DNA from: Dudresnaya verticillata
Taxonomy: Eukaryota
Direction of reading: 5' to 3'
NCBI GenBank assembly: GCA_977862235.1
Contig: OZ374562.1
Coordinates: 682,001 to 746,000, forward strand
DNA length: 64,000 bases
In this document: positions 11,842 through 23,283 of the stretch, one piece after another
How the letters are laid out: each line of letters opens with the position of its first letter
Position numbering within the stretch: the stretch's first letter is position 1
Made by a program: the position numbers and the translations under genes
The notes under the pieces: generated by a model
What the model was told of the DNA's origin: nothing
The model's input: only the letters and a program-made list of their open reading frames with translations
Databases searched by the model: none

Positions 11842-13758
11842 TCAACGGCCGTGGTTGGGAAGGTCGGTAGTCGGAGTCGTCGTCGGAGTCGTAGTCGGAG
11901 TCGTCGTCGGATTCGTCGTCAGAGTCGTAGTCGTAGTCGGAGTCGTCGTCGGAGTCGTCGTCGGATTCGTCGTCAGAGTCGTAGTCGTAGTCGGAGTCGT
12001 CGTCGGAGTCGTCGTCGGATTCGTCGTCAGAGTCGTAGTCGTAGTCGGAGTCGTCGTCGGATTCGTGGTCGGATTCGTCGTCAGAGTCGTAGTCGTAGTC
12101 GGAGTCGGAGTCAGAGTCGTGGTGGGAGTCGTGGTCGGATTCGTGGTCGGATTCGTAGTCAGAGTCGTAGTCGTAGTCGTAGTCGTAGTTAGAGTCGGAG
12201 TCGGAGTTGGAGTCCGAGTCATGGCCGGAGTCTTGGTTGATACCCCAGATTCGATAGCAAGTGTGCTCGCTCCGGTAACGCTGGCGCCACGGAAACGCTT
12301 TCTCGCCACTCTTGCTTTCGGCGCACCTCCAGTTGGCATGTGGCAGGCGTTGGCGACCCCGGACAACTTCATGGGCTCCGCTCCGGTGTGAGTACGGATT
12401 CCGTCTTCCTCGTTATCCTTTTCGTATCTGCGAATGGTATGCTGATAGAACGAGTGAACGTCCGAAAATTTCTTGGAGCAATGTCTACAGGTGACCTGAT
12501 CCTCCGTCTCGCGACTCTTCGTAATGGGGTGAAATAGGGTCCAGTCTCTGGCAGTGTCTGTGAGGAGGTCATGGTTGTTGGAGAAACTCTGTTTCTTGTT
12601 CATCGCAGTATCCAATGGCTTGGTATCATGTGGTGGAGATCGGGGATTGCACTGAACAGCAGTTGGGGTGTTCGAAGACGTAGCACTATCGCCATTGTCT
12701 TCATCGTTCGCATTGTCTTGAAAAGGTTGGGTCGCCACAGGTGATTCCGTCACAGTTGCCACGTTCGCGGTATTCCTCGACTGCGAGTAGTCATACACCT
12801 TGAACTGACATGGTTTGTCGGACTTCTTAATGAAAGGCTCATAGATCTTATCCTCTTCTTCAGAGATTCGTAAGTAAGCTTCCATTAATGATTCTATTGG
12901 TGAGGGCCCTGAAGGGAGCGAGGGATGAGAAGAGGCAGCATCCTTCCTCTTTGCTTTGGCGTTGGCTTCCGCCGTAACATCGATTGATTCCTGCACTTCA
13001 GCTCGATCGGACGGCAGTTTGGAGATGACAGCGTGGTCCTCCTCAGGTGTCATGGGGTTCATGAAACCTTGATTCACGACCCCACTAGAATGACCGTGGT
13101 CGAATAGACCGGTCCCCGGAGTCGTGAGGGACAACACAGATTGGACGGCATTAGTGCTCGCTCCAGCGCCGCCGATGAAACCGGGACGCTTTCTTAGCGC
13201 ACTTTCTTTCGGGGCACCACTAGGTGGAATGTCGAAGACTTCAGCGGCCCCGGACAGCCTCATGGGCTCCCCTCCCGTGAGATTCCCGGGAACGTTGCCA
13301 GGGACGCGAGTTTCGGGCCCATGCTGGTTCATCTGCTGGATTGCGGTGGGGTTCGGGTACATATTGGTATCCTCTCCTCGGCCTGCCTTCTTCTTGACCC
13401 CAGACCCGTCACTGCGGTAGAATCCCATTTCGGAAGAGCGTAGCGTCGCTGCGTCGGAAATCGCCTGGGGCTTCTCGAGCGCGATGTTGTCCTCTCCGCC
13501 CGGATTTGCAACCGCGATGGGGCAGTCGTACTGGAGCAATTTCTTGTGCCGGCCGGTGTCGGATGCTGGAGACGCACCACCGTTAACGGCAGCCTCGCTC
13601 GGCCCGGCCTCGATCGGCCCAGCCTCGATCGGCCCAGCGCGGTTAGTCTTGATCGGCGCGCCAGGGCTCGACGTTCCCGTGACATTCGCAACAGAACGGG
13701 GGTCCGGGGTGAGGGGGCCTTGGGAGGTCGACATGCGGTACGTGTTGATGTTGGTCAT
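11842..13758 (-). CDS. Modular C2H2 zinc-finger protein with a Thr/Pro-rich expansion; 3' part decayed
   Basis: ATG-initiated 638-aa ORF with a C2H2-like CRHCSKKFSDVHSFYQH and an internally duplicated module (GGEPMRLSG...TTP / GAEPMKLSG...KTP). Confidence 0.65.
   Translation of the reverse strand: MTNINTYRMSTSQGPLTPDPRSVANVTGTSSPGAPIKTNRAGPIEAGPIEAGPSEAAVNGGASPASDTGRHKKLLQYDCPIAVANPGGEDNIALEKPQAISDAATLRSSEMGFYRSDGSGVKKKAGRGEDTNMYPNPTAIQQMNQHGPETRVPGNVPGNLTGGEPMRLSGAAEVFDIPPSGAPKESALRKRPGFIGGAGASTNAVQSVLSLTTPGTGLFDHGHSSGVVNQGFMNPMTPEEDHAVISKLPSDRAEVQESIDVTAEANAKAKRKDAASSHPSLPSGPSPIESLMEAYLRISEEEDKIYEPFIKKSDKPCQFKVYDYSQSRNTANVATVTESPVATQPFQDNANDEDNGDSATSSNTPTAVQCNPRSPPHDTKPLDTAMNKKQSFSNNHDLLTDTARDWTLFHPITKSRETEDQVTCRHCSKKFSDVHSFYQHTIRRYEKDNEEDGIRTHTGAEPMKLSGVANACHMPTGGAPKARVARKRFRGASVTGASTLAIESGVSTKTPAMTRTPTPTPTLTTTTTTTTTLTTNPTTNPTTTPTTTLTPTPTTTTTLTTNPTTNPTTTPTTTTTLTTNPTTTPTTTPTTTTTLTTNPTTTPTTTPTTTTTLTTNPTTTPTTTPTTTPTTDLPNHGR
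11866..12220. repeat. Trinucleotide-derived tandem repeat (GTC/GTA/GGA) with a ~54-bp higher-order unit, encoding TTTP/TNP on the minus strand
   Basis: Repeated gtcgtcgtcggattcgtcgtcagagtcgtagtcgtagtcgga. Confidence 0.9.
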
Positions 13759-15463
13759 AAATGAGCGATAGTACGACTTCGTGGTGCGGTGTTGACGGAT
13801 GTTAGTAATCGAGACGAAGATACCGGAGATGGGGGGCAGCGGTGCTGCGAAGTTGGTGGGAAGGGTTGGGGAAGGGTAGGAGGGGTTGGAGTAATGGAGG
13901 TGGGGGTGGGGAAGGGGGTGGGGCGGGCGGGGTGAGATGGGGCGGGAGCGACGGCAGGCGGCTCACGGAAGTACGATCACGGTCGTCGGGACCGAATGGC
14001 CGGTTGGGATGGTTTGCAACAGGTTCCAGAGAGGCACACAAAAGCGAAGACAGTGGGGCTCGAAAATGGCGACAAAGTAGGGCTGAAGGGTTTCGGCGTT
14101 TCGTTTGTGTGTGCTTGTGTTTGGTTCATGGTCGTGGATCGGTGTTGCCGGGAGAACGGATGCAGTCAAGTGGTGATGCGTGACCGGACCGCAGAGACTA
14201 GAATGGTTGTTTGGAGAGCCGTCGGATGTGGAAGAACGATTTGCACAGTTGATGTACGATGTTACCGACTTCGATGGCTCGGCTGTCGTTTGCTGGTCTG
14301 TATGGCGTGTTTGAATGGAATGTTGAAGTAGACAATGCGAAGTCTGTCCAAGAGCAGGTGCCATTACTATCAAGCGTTCGAGGGAATGCTGAGACGTATA
14401 TGCTTGGATTCGACGCAACCCTGACGCGACCGAACGACGAGCTCCCTAGAGGGCTTCGAATTGGAAGGGGCGGGGCGTGCAACGGCTATAAGTATTCAAT
14501 ACGGGGGATGCGGTTTACTACGTTAAAAACATTATAGCATGCAGCGTGCGAATTGGAATCCTGTTCTCGAGTCTCTGACAAATGCGGACGACGTTGAAAA
14601 AGGCGAATTAAATACAAAGCAATGCTGAACTCATTCCGAATGCGCAGCTCAACTTCTCCCGCAAGCTCCTGCTCCAGAGCAGATGTCGGGACTCCATGGG
14701 GGCAAGTCAAGGAAGAAGGGTGCAAGAGAGCCCTGTAGCAGAAAGAACCCAAGAAAGCGCCCAACAGAAGAGGGTTTCTACGGGTTTGTGGAAGAATGAG
14801 CCGTAGCGAAGCGCCGAGGCACTGTAAGACGCGCACGCGTATCAAGGTGTAAGACACGGATATCAAGCTGTAAGGCGAGCACAAGCGCCGTGCGCCGTAA
14901 GGACAATACGCATTGCTGGTGTCACTACTGGCACCATTTTCATGGCAACTCACCATTGGGTAATTTATCATGACAGCTCACGCGGCCCGGAAGCATGTAC
15001 AGTACTTGCGCGGGAGCAGTGCAGAATGTGGTACAATGAGCCGCCAGGGCCTGTAAGCACTACACGTATCGTGCGCCTGTAATGCAAGGGTAAGAGCATC
15101 TCTACCGGTCGCTATTCGCGTCCGTGTACACGTGTGTATGCGGGTGAAGAGGTGAAGAGCTAAGAGCATCCCTATCAGTGTAACAGAACTCTATATTTCC
15201 AAAATTTTAGGTTTGGCACTCGAAATGGCAGCCCTATCAGGTGCGGAAAACCCAAATGATTTGGCCTGCGTCCTAAATCGCGTGCCAAACTGGACCCTTT
15301 TTGGCACTGCGTTTGTCTCCCGTGCCAAACTTGGGAGCGACTGAAGTTACGACACTTGGCACGCCGGACGTTTCGCGAAAAGGCAAAACGTCAGGGCAAA
15401 CCCACTCTGCCTTGCCTTCATTGCCCCTCTCCCACCCCCAACACCGCCCGCCCTCCCGACGTC

Positions 15464-16438
15464 ATGGCTGAGAGCTGCAGCGAAGGCCCCCAGAGGGGGA
15501 AGAATTTCACCCCGGACGAGGACCTCGCCCTTGCGCGCTCGTGGATCGCTGATTTAAACTCCACAATCGAGCAGAACGCAGACACATTTTGGAGCACCGT
15601 TTGCGACTCCTTCAAGGCACAACCGGAGTGTTTTCGCCCTCGCAGCGCTGGAAGCCTACACTCCCGTTGGGGCACCATGGCACGCGTTACACAGAAGTAC
15701 CTCGCTGCAGACAAACTGTACCGCTCCGCAGTTCCCTCTGGGGAAACTGAAGAAGACACCGTTAAGAACATAATGCTGCTGTACCGAAACAAGAACAAGG
15801 TGAACGTCAAAGGGGAGGAGAAGCTCCCCGGTGCTATTCGTTTCATATCGGCCGTGCGCTTGCTGTCCACGTGCCCAAAATTCTCTCAAAATATCGGCGG
15901 TGGCTCGCGAACTGCTACTGGCTACCGTCCCGGCGTCAAATATGAAGCCAATTCAAGGATGCCCGACCTTCTTCTCGAAACGTCCGCGGGAAATATCGAC
16001 ATGGAAAGGCCCACACAGTCGCGACCGGACGGTTCGAAGAAGCGTAAATCGGAAGTTGCAGTGGAACGCAACATGTCCAAGGTGTCACGTAGCATGGATC
16101 AGATGAACGAAACGCTGAAAGACTCGGCTTCCAGCAAGAAGAAGGCGGCTTCAATCTCGTTGCAGCTGAAGATTCTCAAACGCATGTCGCTTTCGCCCGG
16201 CGTCCTGAACGAACGTCTGGAGCGTCTGATGTCGCAAGCCGCATTTCTGGGAGATTATGGTCAGCCGGGGAATGCAGAAGCTCAAGGAACTGAAAACAGT
16301 CAAGTGCCTTCTGATACAGCTATAGAGCATGGCAGCACACCGTACGATTTTACCCAACACTTCGCGTTGGAAACGCTTCATCCTACCAGCAGTCAATTTC
16401 GGCTTCAGCGACCGCGACGGACGGCGACAGCTCTGTAG
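15464..16438 (+). CDS. Harbinger-associated Myb/SANT-like DNA-binding protein
   Basis: RGKNFTPDEDLALARSW...FWSTV...RSAGSLHSRW, a trihelix/Myb-like pattern; RPDGSKKRK; first ATG at 15464. Confidence 0.88.
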   Translation: MAESCSEGPQRGKNFTPDEDLALARSWIADLNSTIEQNADTFWSTVCDSFKAQPECFRPRSAGSLHSRWGTMARVTQKYLAADKLYRSAVPSGETEEDTVKNIMLLYRNKNKVNVKGEEKLPGAIRFISAVRLLSTCPKFSQNIGGGSRTATGYRPGVKYEANSRMPDLLLETSAGNIDMERPTQSRPDGSKKRKSEVAVERNMSKVSRSMDQMNETLKDSASSKKKAASISLQLKILKRMSLSPGVLNERLERLMSQAAFLGDYGQPGNAEAQGTENSQVPSDTAIEHGSTPYDFTQHFALETLHPTSSQFRLQRPRRTATAL

Positions 16439-16600
16439 TGGAGCCCCCTGACACCCCCTGCGCCTTGGACCCCTCTCATGTTTGAAAACGGGCATTTGAT
16501 GCACGCGCCGCCGGAGGCGCCATAGGTTTCTACAGATTGTAATGGTCTTGCTGGCGACGTTTGAGCGTTTACGGATGCATCTACGGTACTGTGGGGGTCG

Positions 16601-17955
16601 TCAACTTTTGTCCCCACGCATGGACCACAAATGGTGCGACAATGCCTCACATAAGCTATTGTGCGCATCTTCGCTCGTTACAAGGTCATGTCTATCTAGT
16701 AAAGCCATTAACCCTGCACCTTGACTACCCGTATTCGCGACATTGCCTCCAGTACTACTGCCAAAATCGCCGTTCGCATCTGCTTCTTCCGCAAACTCGT
16801 CAACCAGGCTGACAGCCCCCCGTCCACTGCCGTCTCATCCTTTAGCTCTCCCCTGCTGTCCATGTCCACCAGCATGTTGTGGAGAATAACGCAGACCTGG
16901 CTGATGAGGATTATCCGCTCGTCACTCCACTCAAAGCGCTCATGGCGGAGCACTTTGAAACGGCCTTGAAGAGCTCCAAAGAGACGCTCTATATCTTTCC
17001 TCGTCGACTCCTGCGACTCTGTCATGTGGCTCTCACGGTCGTTAATAGGAGCGTGGTTTGGTCCCACAAAAATCGCCCAACGCGGATAAATTCCGTCCAC
17101 CAAGTAGTAGAGAAGACCGTGCCGCCTTCCGCCGCCTATTTCGTATCCTTCCGGCAGTGTCATTACCCTCCTTCCGGATAGAATGTCTATGAATAAAGGG
17201 CTATTATCAACGACAGTTATGTCGTTGTTTGTCCCACAGCGACCCGGGAACCAGTGCCAACAATACAGACGTCTGTCACAGAGGGCTTCACAACTCATTG
17301 TAGCTAACTTTCTGTCCTTTGGATTATGATACGGTCCCTTTAAGGACTTAGGGCAGTTTTTCCAGTGAAGGTGCATGCAGTCCACACATCCAATGCATCC
17401 GGGGAAACCAGCGCTTGCGTACGCTGACTCGATATCGCGTAGCTCTTCTGTAGTGGGTTCTCTGTTCAGATAGATAGGACCATAACGTCTGTAAATGCTC
17501 TGCAAAACCACTTTGAAGTAATACCGTTGGCTTTCAGGTGACATGCGGACCATGTCATCCATTTGGTCAAACGACAGTCCGTTCGCCAGTCGATGAAGGG
17601 CACCGAGGAGTTTTTGATGCGTTGTGTGACCTGGTACTCCTGCTGCGTTTCGACGTTGCGCGAGTAGGGGCTCTTCTTCCAACAGCTCCTCATATAGTAT
17701 CCAGTACATCTTTAAAGGGATACGGAACACTTGTCGGAACTTTGATGGGGGATAAACCGGCGTTGGTCGCAAGTAGTCATCGTACCATGTGCAAGGACCC
17801 CGATTAATTGTTGTGCTAAACGGTGCGCGGCCGGGGTAGGGGCAGGGCTTGGAAGCTTCCTCCAGTACCGCTGTCAGTGCTGAGACTGCCTGCACTGCTG
17901 CTGCTTCTTCTTGATCGCTCAAGATATTGTCTTCATCGGACGTTGAGGCACTCAT
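16601..17955 (-). CDS. PIF/Harbinger DDE transposase (1-nt frameshift near the C-terminus)
   Basis: GFPGCIGCVDCMH (D), GTNND, YYLVDGIYP (D), RKDIERLFGALQGRF (E), CVILHNM. The typical tail HNSLCEALSHHLW lies in another frame after the C6 run at 16816-16821. Confidence 0.92.
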
Positions 17956-18648
17956 GGTGCGATGGGCGGAGGTGGAGGTGTGGTCGTCGGAAGAGGGGCT
18001 GGGTACGACTGTATTCAGCAGCTCGTACTCGCAAAGATACTCGCAAAGGCACAAAGGGATTTATTTGGCACGCACTGATAGGTTTGGAGGCTAACGTGCC
18101 AAATCTGGCAATGGAAATATGGCATTTTGGCATCCAGATTTAGGACCACTGATAGGGATGCTCTAAAGCGAACCCTTGAAATAACAGAGGTTGCAGACGC
18201 CAGTACTTATCGCTGCAGAAACAAAAATAGATGGAAGGTGGAAGTCGGGGGCCGTGGTGGTAGTGGAAGAGGTGAATCATAAGTCAGCAGTGTTACCGTG
18301 ACGTGACCCTGGAGGGTGTCAGAATTGGCACAGTGTCCTGTACGCATTTGGCACAATGTGTCATTTGTGTCATCCGGAAGTGACGCTGGAGAGGGGAGTC
18401 ACCGCAGGCACCCACAGAGTGGCGCCAGTCCGCAAGACAGCTCCAGCCCGGGGATGAATGCAGTAAACACCGCTTTTAGTAGCATAGGGATGCACTAAAA
18501 GATTCATTGGGCGGTGTGACAACATGGCGTGATACTATAGAGCCGTGATACTATAGAGTTCACGGCTTGAGAACAGCATCTATATGGCGTAGGAAACAGT
18601 GCCTCACGAGCCGCAGAAACGGTTTTCCACGACGGTTTGCCGGATAAT

Positions 18649-20223
18649 TGTGGTGTAGCGAAAACCCACGAACTCCGTAATGGACAGCTGGCCTGACGTT
18701 CCTACACGGGACGAGAGCGATACTACTTCCACGGGGTGGTAGAGCAGTTCGCACCGAGACGGGAGAACAGCGATCGGCTAACCGAAACGGATATTGACAG
18801 GAAGCAACAGACAAGGGGATGGTACAAGTGCAGGGACGGACTCGATAATGGTGGTGGTGGAAGACCTCAACGGGCTCGGCGCGGTGAAAACAGTAAAGGA
18901 AAGAGCTACAGTAGGATTGAGGCTCAAGGTTTACATGCCCGTTTACCCGAGGATCCGCTGCCGTGCCGCCCTGATATACAAGGCAGGGTCATAGTGCACA
19001 CTCCTATACCGTCCTAGGCGCCGTTACAACGTCTCGGACTGAGCTCTACGCCCTCGGCGCTACACCGACAACGGCGCTCAAGACGTGAGTTCGGTCGCGA
19101 ACCCGCTCGTGTAGTGCAAGGGGGATGGGGCCCTTTTTCGCTCTGATCTGTAAGCGTGGCCCAGATCCGGATTGGTTCAGGATTGGACATCGGGATCCAA
19201 ATCCGGATCACCCACACCGCTTTGCGCATGTCAGCGCACGCGCCTGTAAGCTACCCGCTAAACGCGTTCAAGTCTGTAAGTTACTCCTTATCCGCGGGTA
19301 CGCGAATGCACGACTACGACGACGTGTCAGACGCACGGTGGCGTGACACGCGTCTTGAGTTCCCTTACACCGCGCCACGCCACCGCCGCCCGCATCATAG
19401 TGGTATTATATTAGGTAACGCGTCTGAGACGTTCGAGTAGACCCCGGAAAGCCGGTCTGCCTTCACACTTCGCCCCTTCGCTCTTTAGCGTCAATGCCGC
19501 TACCCACGTTGGGTACGCGTTGGGACGATCGCGCTTCCGCGTCAATGTCCGTCTTTGACGTGTATACCATTTTTTCCCTCCGAGAAGCTCGGGAGTTCCT
19601 CACCCACAGCGCTCAAGAGCGTACATCGCCTCTATGAGTGTGGGCTACGTGCCGGACTACCACGCACTCATCCACTCCGTTGTGGACGTTCGTTTCCCCC
19701 TTTTCCATTTCTACCGCCTCGGGCGTTTACAGTCCGCCCTTGGCGTGTTACCAGACTCTACCCCCGTCTACGGCCCTCGGCACTCATCCGCCAGAGGCGA
19801 GCTACCGGCCGGGCTACGAAGGGCCGGGACAGTGTTTCCGTCCTAGACGTTTTGCACTACAAGGGTGGCACCGAGCGGTCCCGGTCCCTGGGGCCAGACC
19901 CTAGGGGTCTGATCCTATGGTGGAATCGGCCCTGCTGGTCCCAATCTCCGACACGGGCATGCGCAGCAATCTAATTGGCTGGCGCAATACTCTACACACT
20001 GTACAGGTACTCACTAAAAAGAAAGAATAAATACCACAAATACTCCGCTACGGTTGGTGCGCTCCACTTACAGTACAGCGATGCGTACCAGTGCACAGTA
20101 ATGTGCACACAACCGACACGGTTACACGTTGCCAGATCATCAGCGTGGCGTATTGCCACATCAGCCGTTACGGTTGGCTCGCCGTCGGTGCGCCGCATGC
20201 GCGCCAAGGCTCACTTCACCACA
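18649..20223 (-). repeat. 3' LTR of Gypsy-1, interrupted by a nested insertion at 18990-19861
   Basis: 18649-18989 and 19862-20223 align colinearly with 30226-30932. Confidence 0.92.
18990..19861. mobile_element. Probable solo LTR of another family nested in the Gypsy-1 3' LTR
   Basis: 872 bp absent from the other LTR; flanked by direct repeat AGGGT (18985-18989, 19862-19866); ends CATAGTGCA...TGCACTACA, a near-perfect inverted repeat ending in CA. Confidence 0.75.
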
Positions 20224-20224
20224 G

Positions 20225-20234
20225 ACCCCTCCTT
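20225..20234 (-). promoter_or_regulatory. Polypurine tract of Gypsy-1
   Basis: Minus strand AAGGAGGGGT immediately before the 3' LTR. Confidence 0.75.
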
Positions 20235-20353
20235 AAATGGCGCGCCCTCGGCCGCTCACCGTCACAGATTTCCATCGCCTCCACACCCACACATTGAACC
20301 GATACGGTTAACGCGCTCAACTTTGCCTTCTCCTGCGTGCGCCTTCTTCCAGT

Positions 20354-23183
20354 ATGGCAGGGGAGAAAAGCAAGCGCTCCCCTTCCCCCTTTCAACCAAC
20401 CCGGCGTTCCCGCGCGAGCTCCGCGACGAGAGCGCCGGGCGCGCCTGCAGTTACGGATGCGTCGACACAAGGACAGGCCTCTTCCTCGGCGGCTGCCGCA
20501 CGACTCATGACGCGTGGTCGTACGGACGTTACCGCATCGGAACCGTCTCAGGCACCATCAGCGGGCTGCGGCTGGTGTGTCTACGATCCGAATCGGTTTG
20601 CTGCGCGTGCAGACACCAGGACCGCGCTACCAGAAAATCCAGCGGCCCAATGGGACGGAGAAGCCTCGAGCAAGGACCGTGGTGATGAGATCCGACGTGG
20701 TGGTGAGGAGCTCAACTTGGCGGACCTACCATCCTTTTCCGTTACGGACGCCGTCGACCCCGATCTCAACGCCGATGCGGAGCATGAGTGTGAGCCCACA
20801 TCCGTCAGGCAGCACTCCGAAACGGTCGCGGGTGTGAGTGTGGAGCATTGCGCCTGCTTCAGGGTCTTGGATGCCGACGGCGCGTACCCGTAGCGGTAAG
20901 GGCCCTGCGCCAAGTGGTTGCTAGCCAGGGCACCATTTCGATCACCGTGCGGGTCGCCCGGTGAGATCCGACGCGGAACGGGCGAAGGTGACACCACCGA
21001 GGACAGTTTCGTACTTCATCGAGGGTTACCCAACCGTGTTGGAAGCGCGACGATACCAAGCCGTTTCGGAGCATCCATTCAAGGCAAACCAGCGAATTGG
21101 CTTCGTTCCCAACCGGCGGGTGTTTGTGTTGCAAAGCCGATGGGTGCATAGCTACTGCCAAGAGCGCACCACCACCGTTTCGGATTTGTTATGGTACCGT
21201 TGCCACGGAGAAGTTGATTATACCGCTAAGGCGTTCCATCTACGGGGTGCGCCGATCGGGGTGCAGTTCATCTGCTTCGACCCACCGTATGACCAATCAG
21301 TGCATTGGTTCCGCTATGCCGATGGGTGTAAAGACGACGCGGCAACGGAACACCGATTGCGGACGCGCTACCGAGACGGAATGCATGTGGGCGCACCTAT
21401 CTTGCACACATGGAATACCAAGGAGTTCTTCCACCTTCCGTATCGGATGCGACGTGAGCTCTACCTCACAGCTCCGTGGTGGTGGGATAGCTATGAGGTA
21501 ACCCGTTGGCTATCCGTGCCCACGCCTTCTTTGATGGCGTACTTCTCCGCGGACCTACTCACTGAGCGGGAGTGGAATCGCGAGCATCCGAACGGAGAGC
21601 GTCCCCCGAACCAAGATCAGCTCGACGTCCTTTAGCGCATCTTCCGATCGGAGTGGTCAATGCTGGTGCTGTTTTCGTGGCTCCAGGTTGCCTACTACGG
21701 AGTGCGGTACAATATCAAGTTATCCGACTGGCGGTGCTTCCCGCTTGACGAAGATGACCTACCCGGAGGAGACTGTGACTGCATCTTTCAACTACCTGTG
21801 ACGGTGCTGGCCCTAATTCGCCAAGTCGGCGTAGCCGATTTGGTGACTGGGTCGGCGTATCTCCTCCATCGGGTTGAGCGCCTTTTATCCGTACACGGAG
21901 AGCAGGATTGGCAACGCACGCCGGGATTTTTGGGGTATAATTGGGATGAGAACCGTGTCCTATCGGTGCCCGCGCTTAGGCCCAGAGTGGGTGAGCCATA
22001 TTTCCTTCATCGGGAAGATCCCCGTCCGGAATAGTTAATCTTAGAGGTCCAGACCCATCGGGGTTATGCGCCTCGCCAAGCATCAAGGGATACGTACCGT
22101 GACGTTTTGGAAGGGGCCGAAGATTGGGGGAGTTGTCAGGAGACAGCGGGGCGTTCACGTGCAATCGACCCGCGCGATTCCGTCAGGGTGAGGCAGCAAG
22201 AAGCTAGCCCCTTCTTGGAAGAGCAAGAGGAAGTCATGCCCGTCGCACCTATGGGAACGGATATTGAGAAAACAGCCGCTCCAGTCCTTCGGGTGGTCGC
22301 TACACCTACGTCGCGCGATGTAGATCGTGAGACTACTACTCCCGTATCGAATAAGTCTCCGACGCCCATTGACGTGGTTGCGCCTACTGTGGCGATGCCC
22401 AAGCCCGCGGCACAATCCGAGAAAGGGGCTTCTAAGGAGCAGACCGTTTCGGAAGCAGCGCCGGTTACTGTGCCGGTGGCACTGTCTCCTGTGAAGCAAA
22501 TGCCTGCTTCCGCCGAACCGCTCCCGACAAGTGCTCCGCTGCCGGCACCCACTCCCACACAAGTGGTGAGAGAGGCACCGATCACCGTATTGGAAGGGAC
22601 TCCAAAACGCCCCAGTGCCGAAGCAATTGGCGACAAGCCTTTGGCTCCCTCGTTGAGTCCTGAACCGTTACGGAAAAGCGATATCGTCTCTCCAGAGAAG
22701 GGTACGAATCCACCTCTGCGGAAAGAAATACCTTTACCCGAGTTGGTACCATCCGTAGTGGTGGTTTCCTCAACGGAACATTTAATCGAATCCTGGCTTA
22801 GGGATAAGCCGTCGATATCCCCGAAGGTAGAGTTTCAAGAAGATGAGGATCCCACCGTCACGGTTTCGGCTCACTTAGCCGCTACGGAAAGCGGGTTACA
22901 GGTGCTACGGGGTATTTGCCGTACACAGCGCTTCCCATTGCCAGGATGCGTTCAGAAGGCGCTAACCTTAGCGGATGGACTGATGGAGAAGGTGATTCAT
23001 CTCTACTCAGTGGTCCGTCGTCAGCGTCGGCGTACGGATAATGCGATACGCGTCTTGAGAAACAATACGCAGCGTGCATTCCAACCGGATCCGACTGGAG
23101 AACCCGACTTACGAACTGGGCAGGGGAGCAACGAGGAAGATATAGTTGCCCCCGCTCCAATGCGACGTCGCCGTGACTCTTAA
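20354..23183 (+). pseudogene. Extra antisense coding region inside Gypsy-1 (unknown protein(s), disrupted)
   Basis: Chain of same-strand ORFs (20354-20893, 20961-21635, 21660-22034, 22107-23183) with protein-like composition: aromatic-rich middle, Pro-rich linker, helical end. Lies between the pol end and the PPT. Confidence 0.65.
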
Positions 23184-23283
23184 AGTTGCATTTCGACGAT
23201 CTCCTTAACTGTTTCAAGTATACCCCGACCTTACCTTGCGATAAACGTTGTTCATCCCCATACCCTAGCACTCCAGCTGTCAG

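Larger units (their letters stand above)
15164..18163. mobile_element. PIF/Harbinger DNA transposon, full length (3,000 bp)
   Basis: Perfect 17-bp TIRs GAGCATCCCTATCAGTG (15164-15180) and CACTGATAGGGATGCTC (18147-18163); TAA TSD at 15161-15163 and 18164-18166; two convergent genes. Confidence 0.95.

Noticed and set aside
11866..12220. CRISPR-like array (also considered for 43574-43735 and the hairpin motifs)
   Set aside because: No constant repeat with unique, regularly sized spacers; no cas genes; eukaryotic context.
11716..12391. SR-rich and poly-Val ORFs on the + strand
   Set aside because: Antisense shadows of the trinucleotide repeat; no RRM, and the minus-strand frame has domain context.
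15091..15100. Second TAA-GAGCATC Harbinger-like end (and a degenerate ATAGGGATGCACTAA near 18484)
   Set aside because: Matches are too short and do not form a convincing TIR pair.
18528..18558. Short tandem duplication CGTGATACTATAGAG as a terminus of the large block
   Set aside because: No matching inverted copy was found at the other side of the block.
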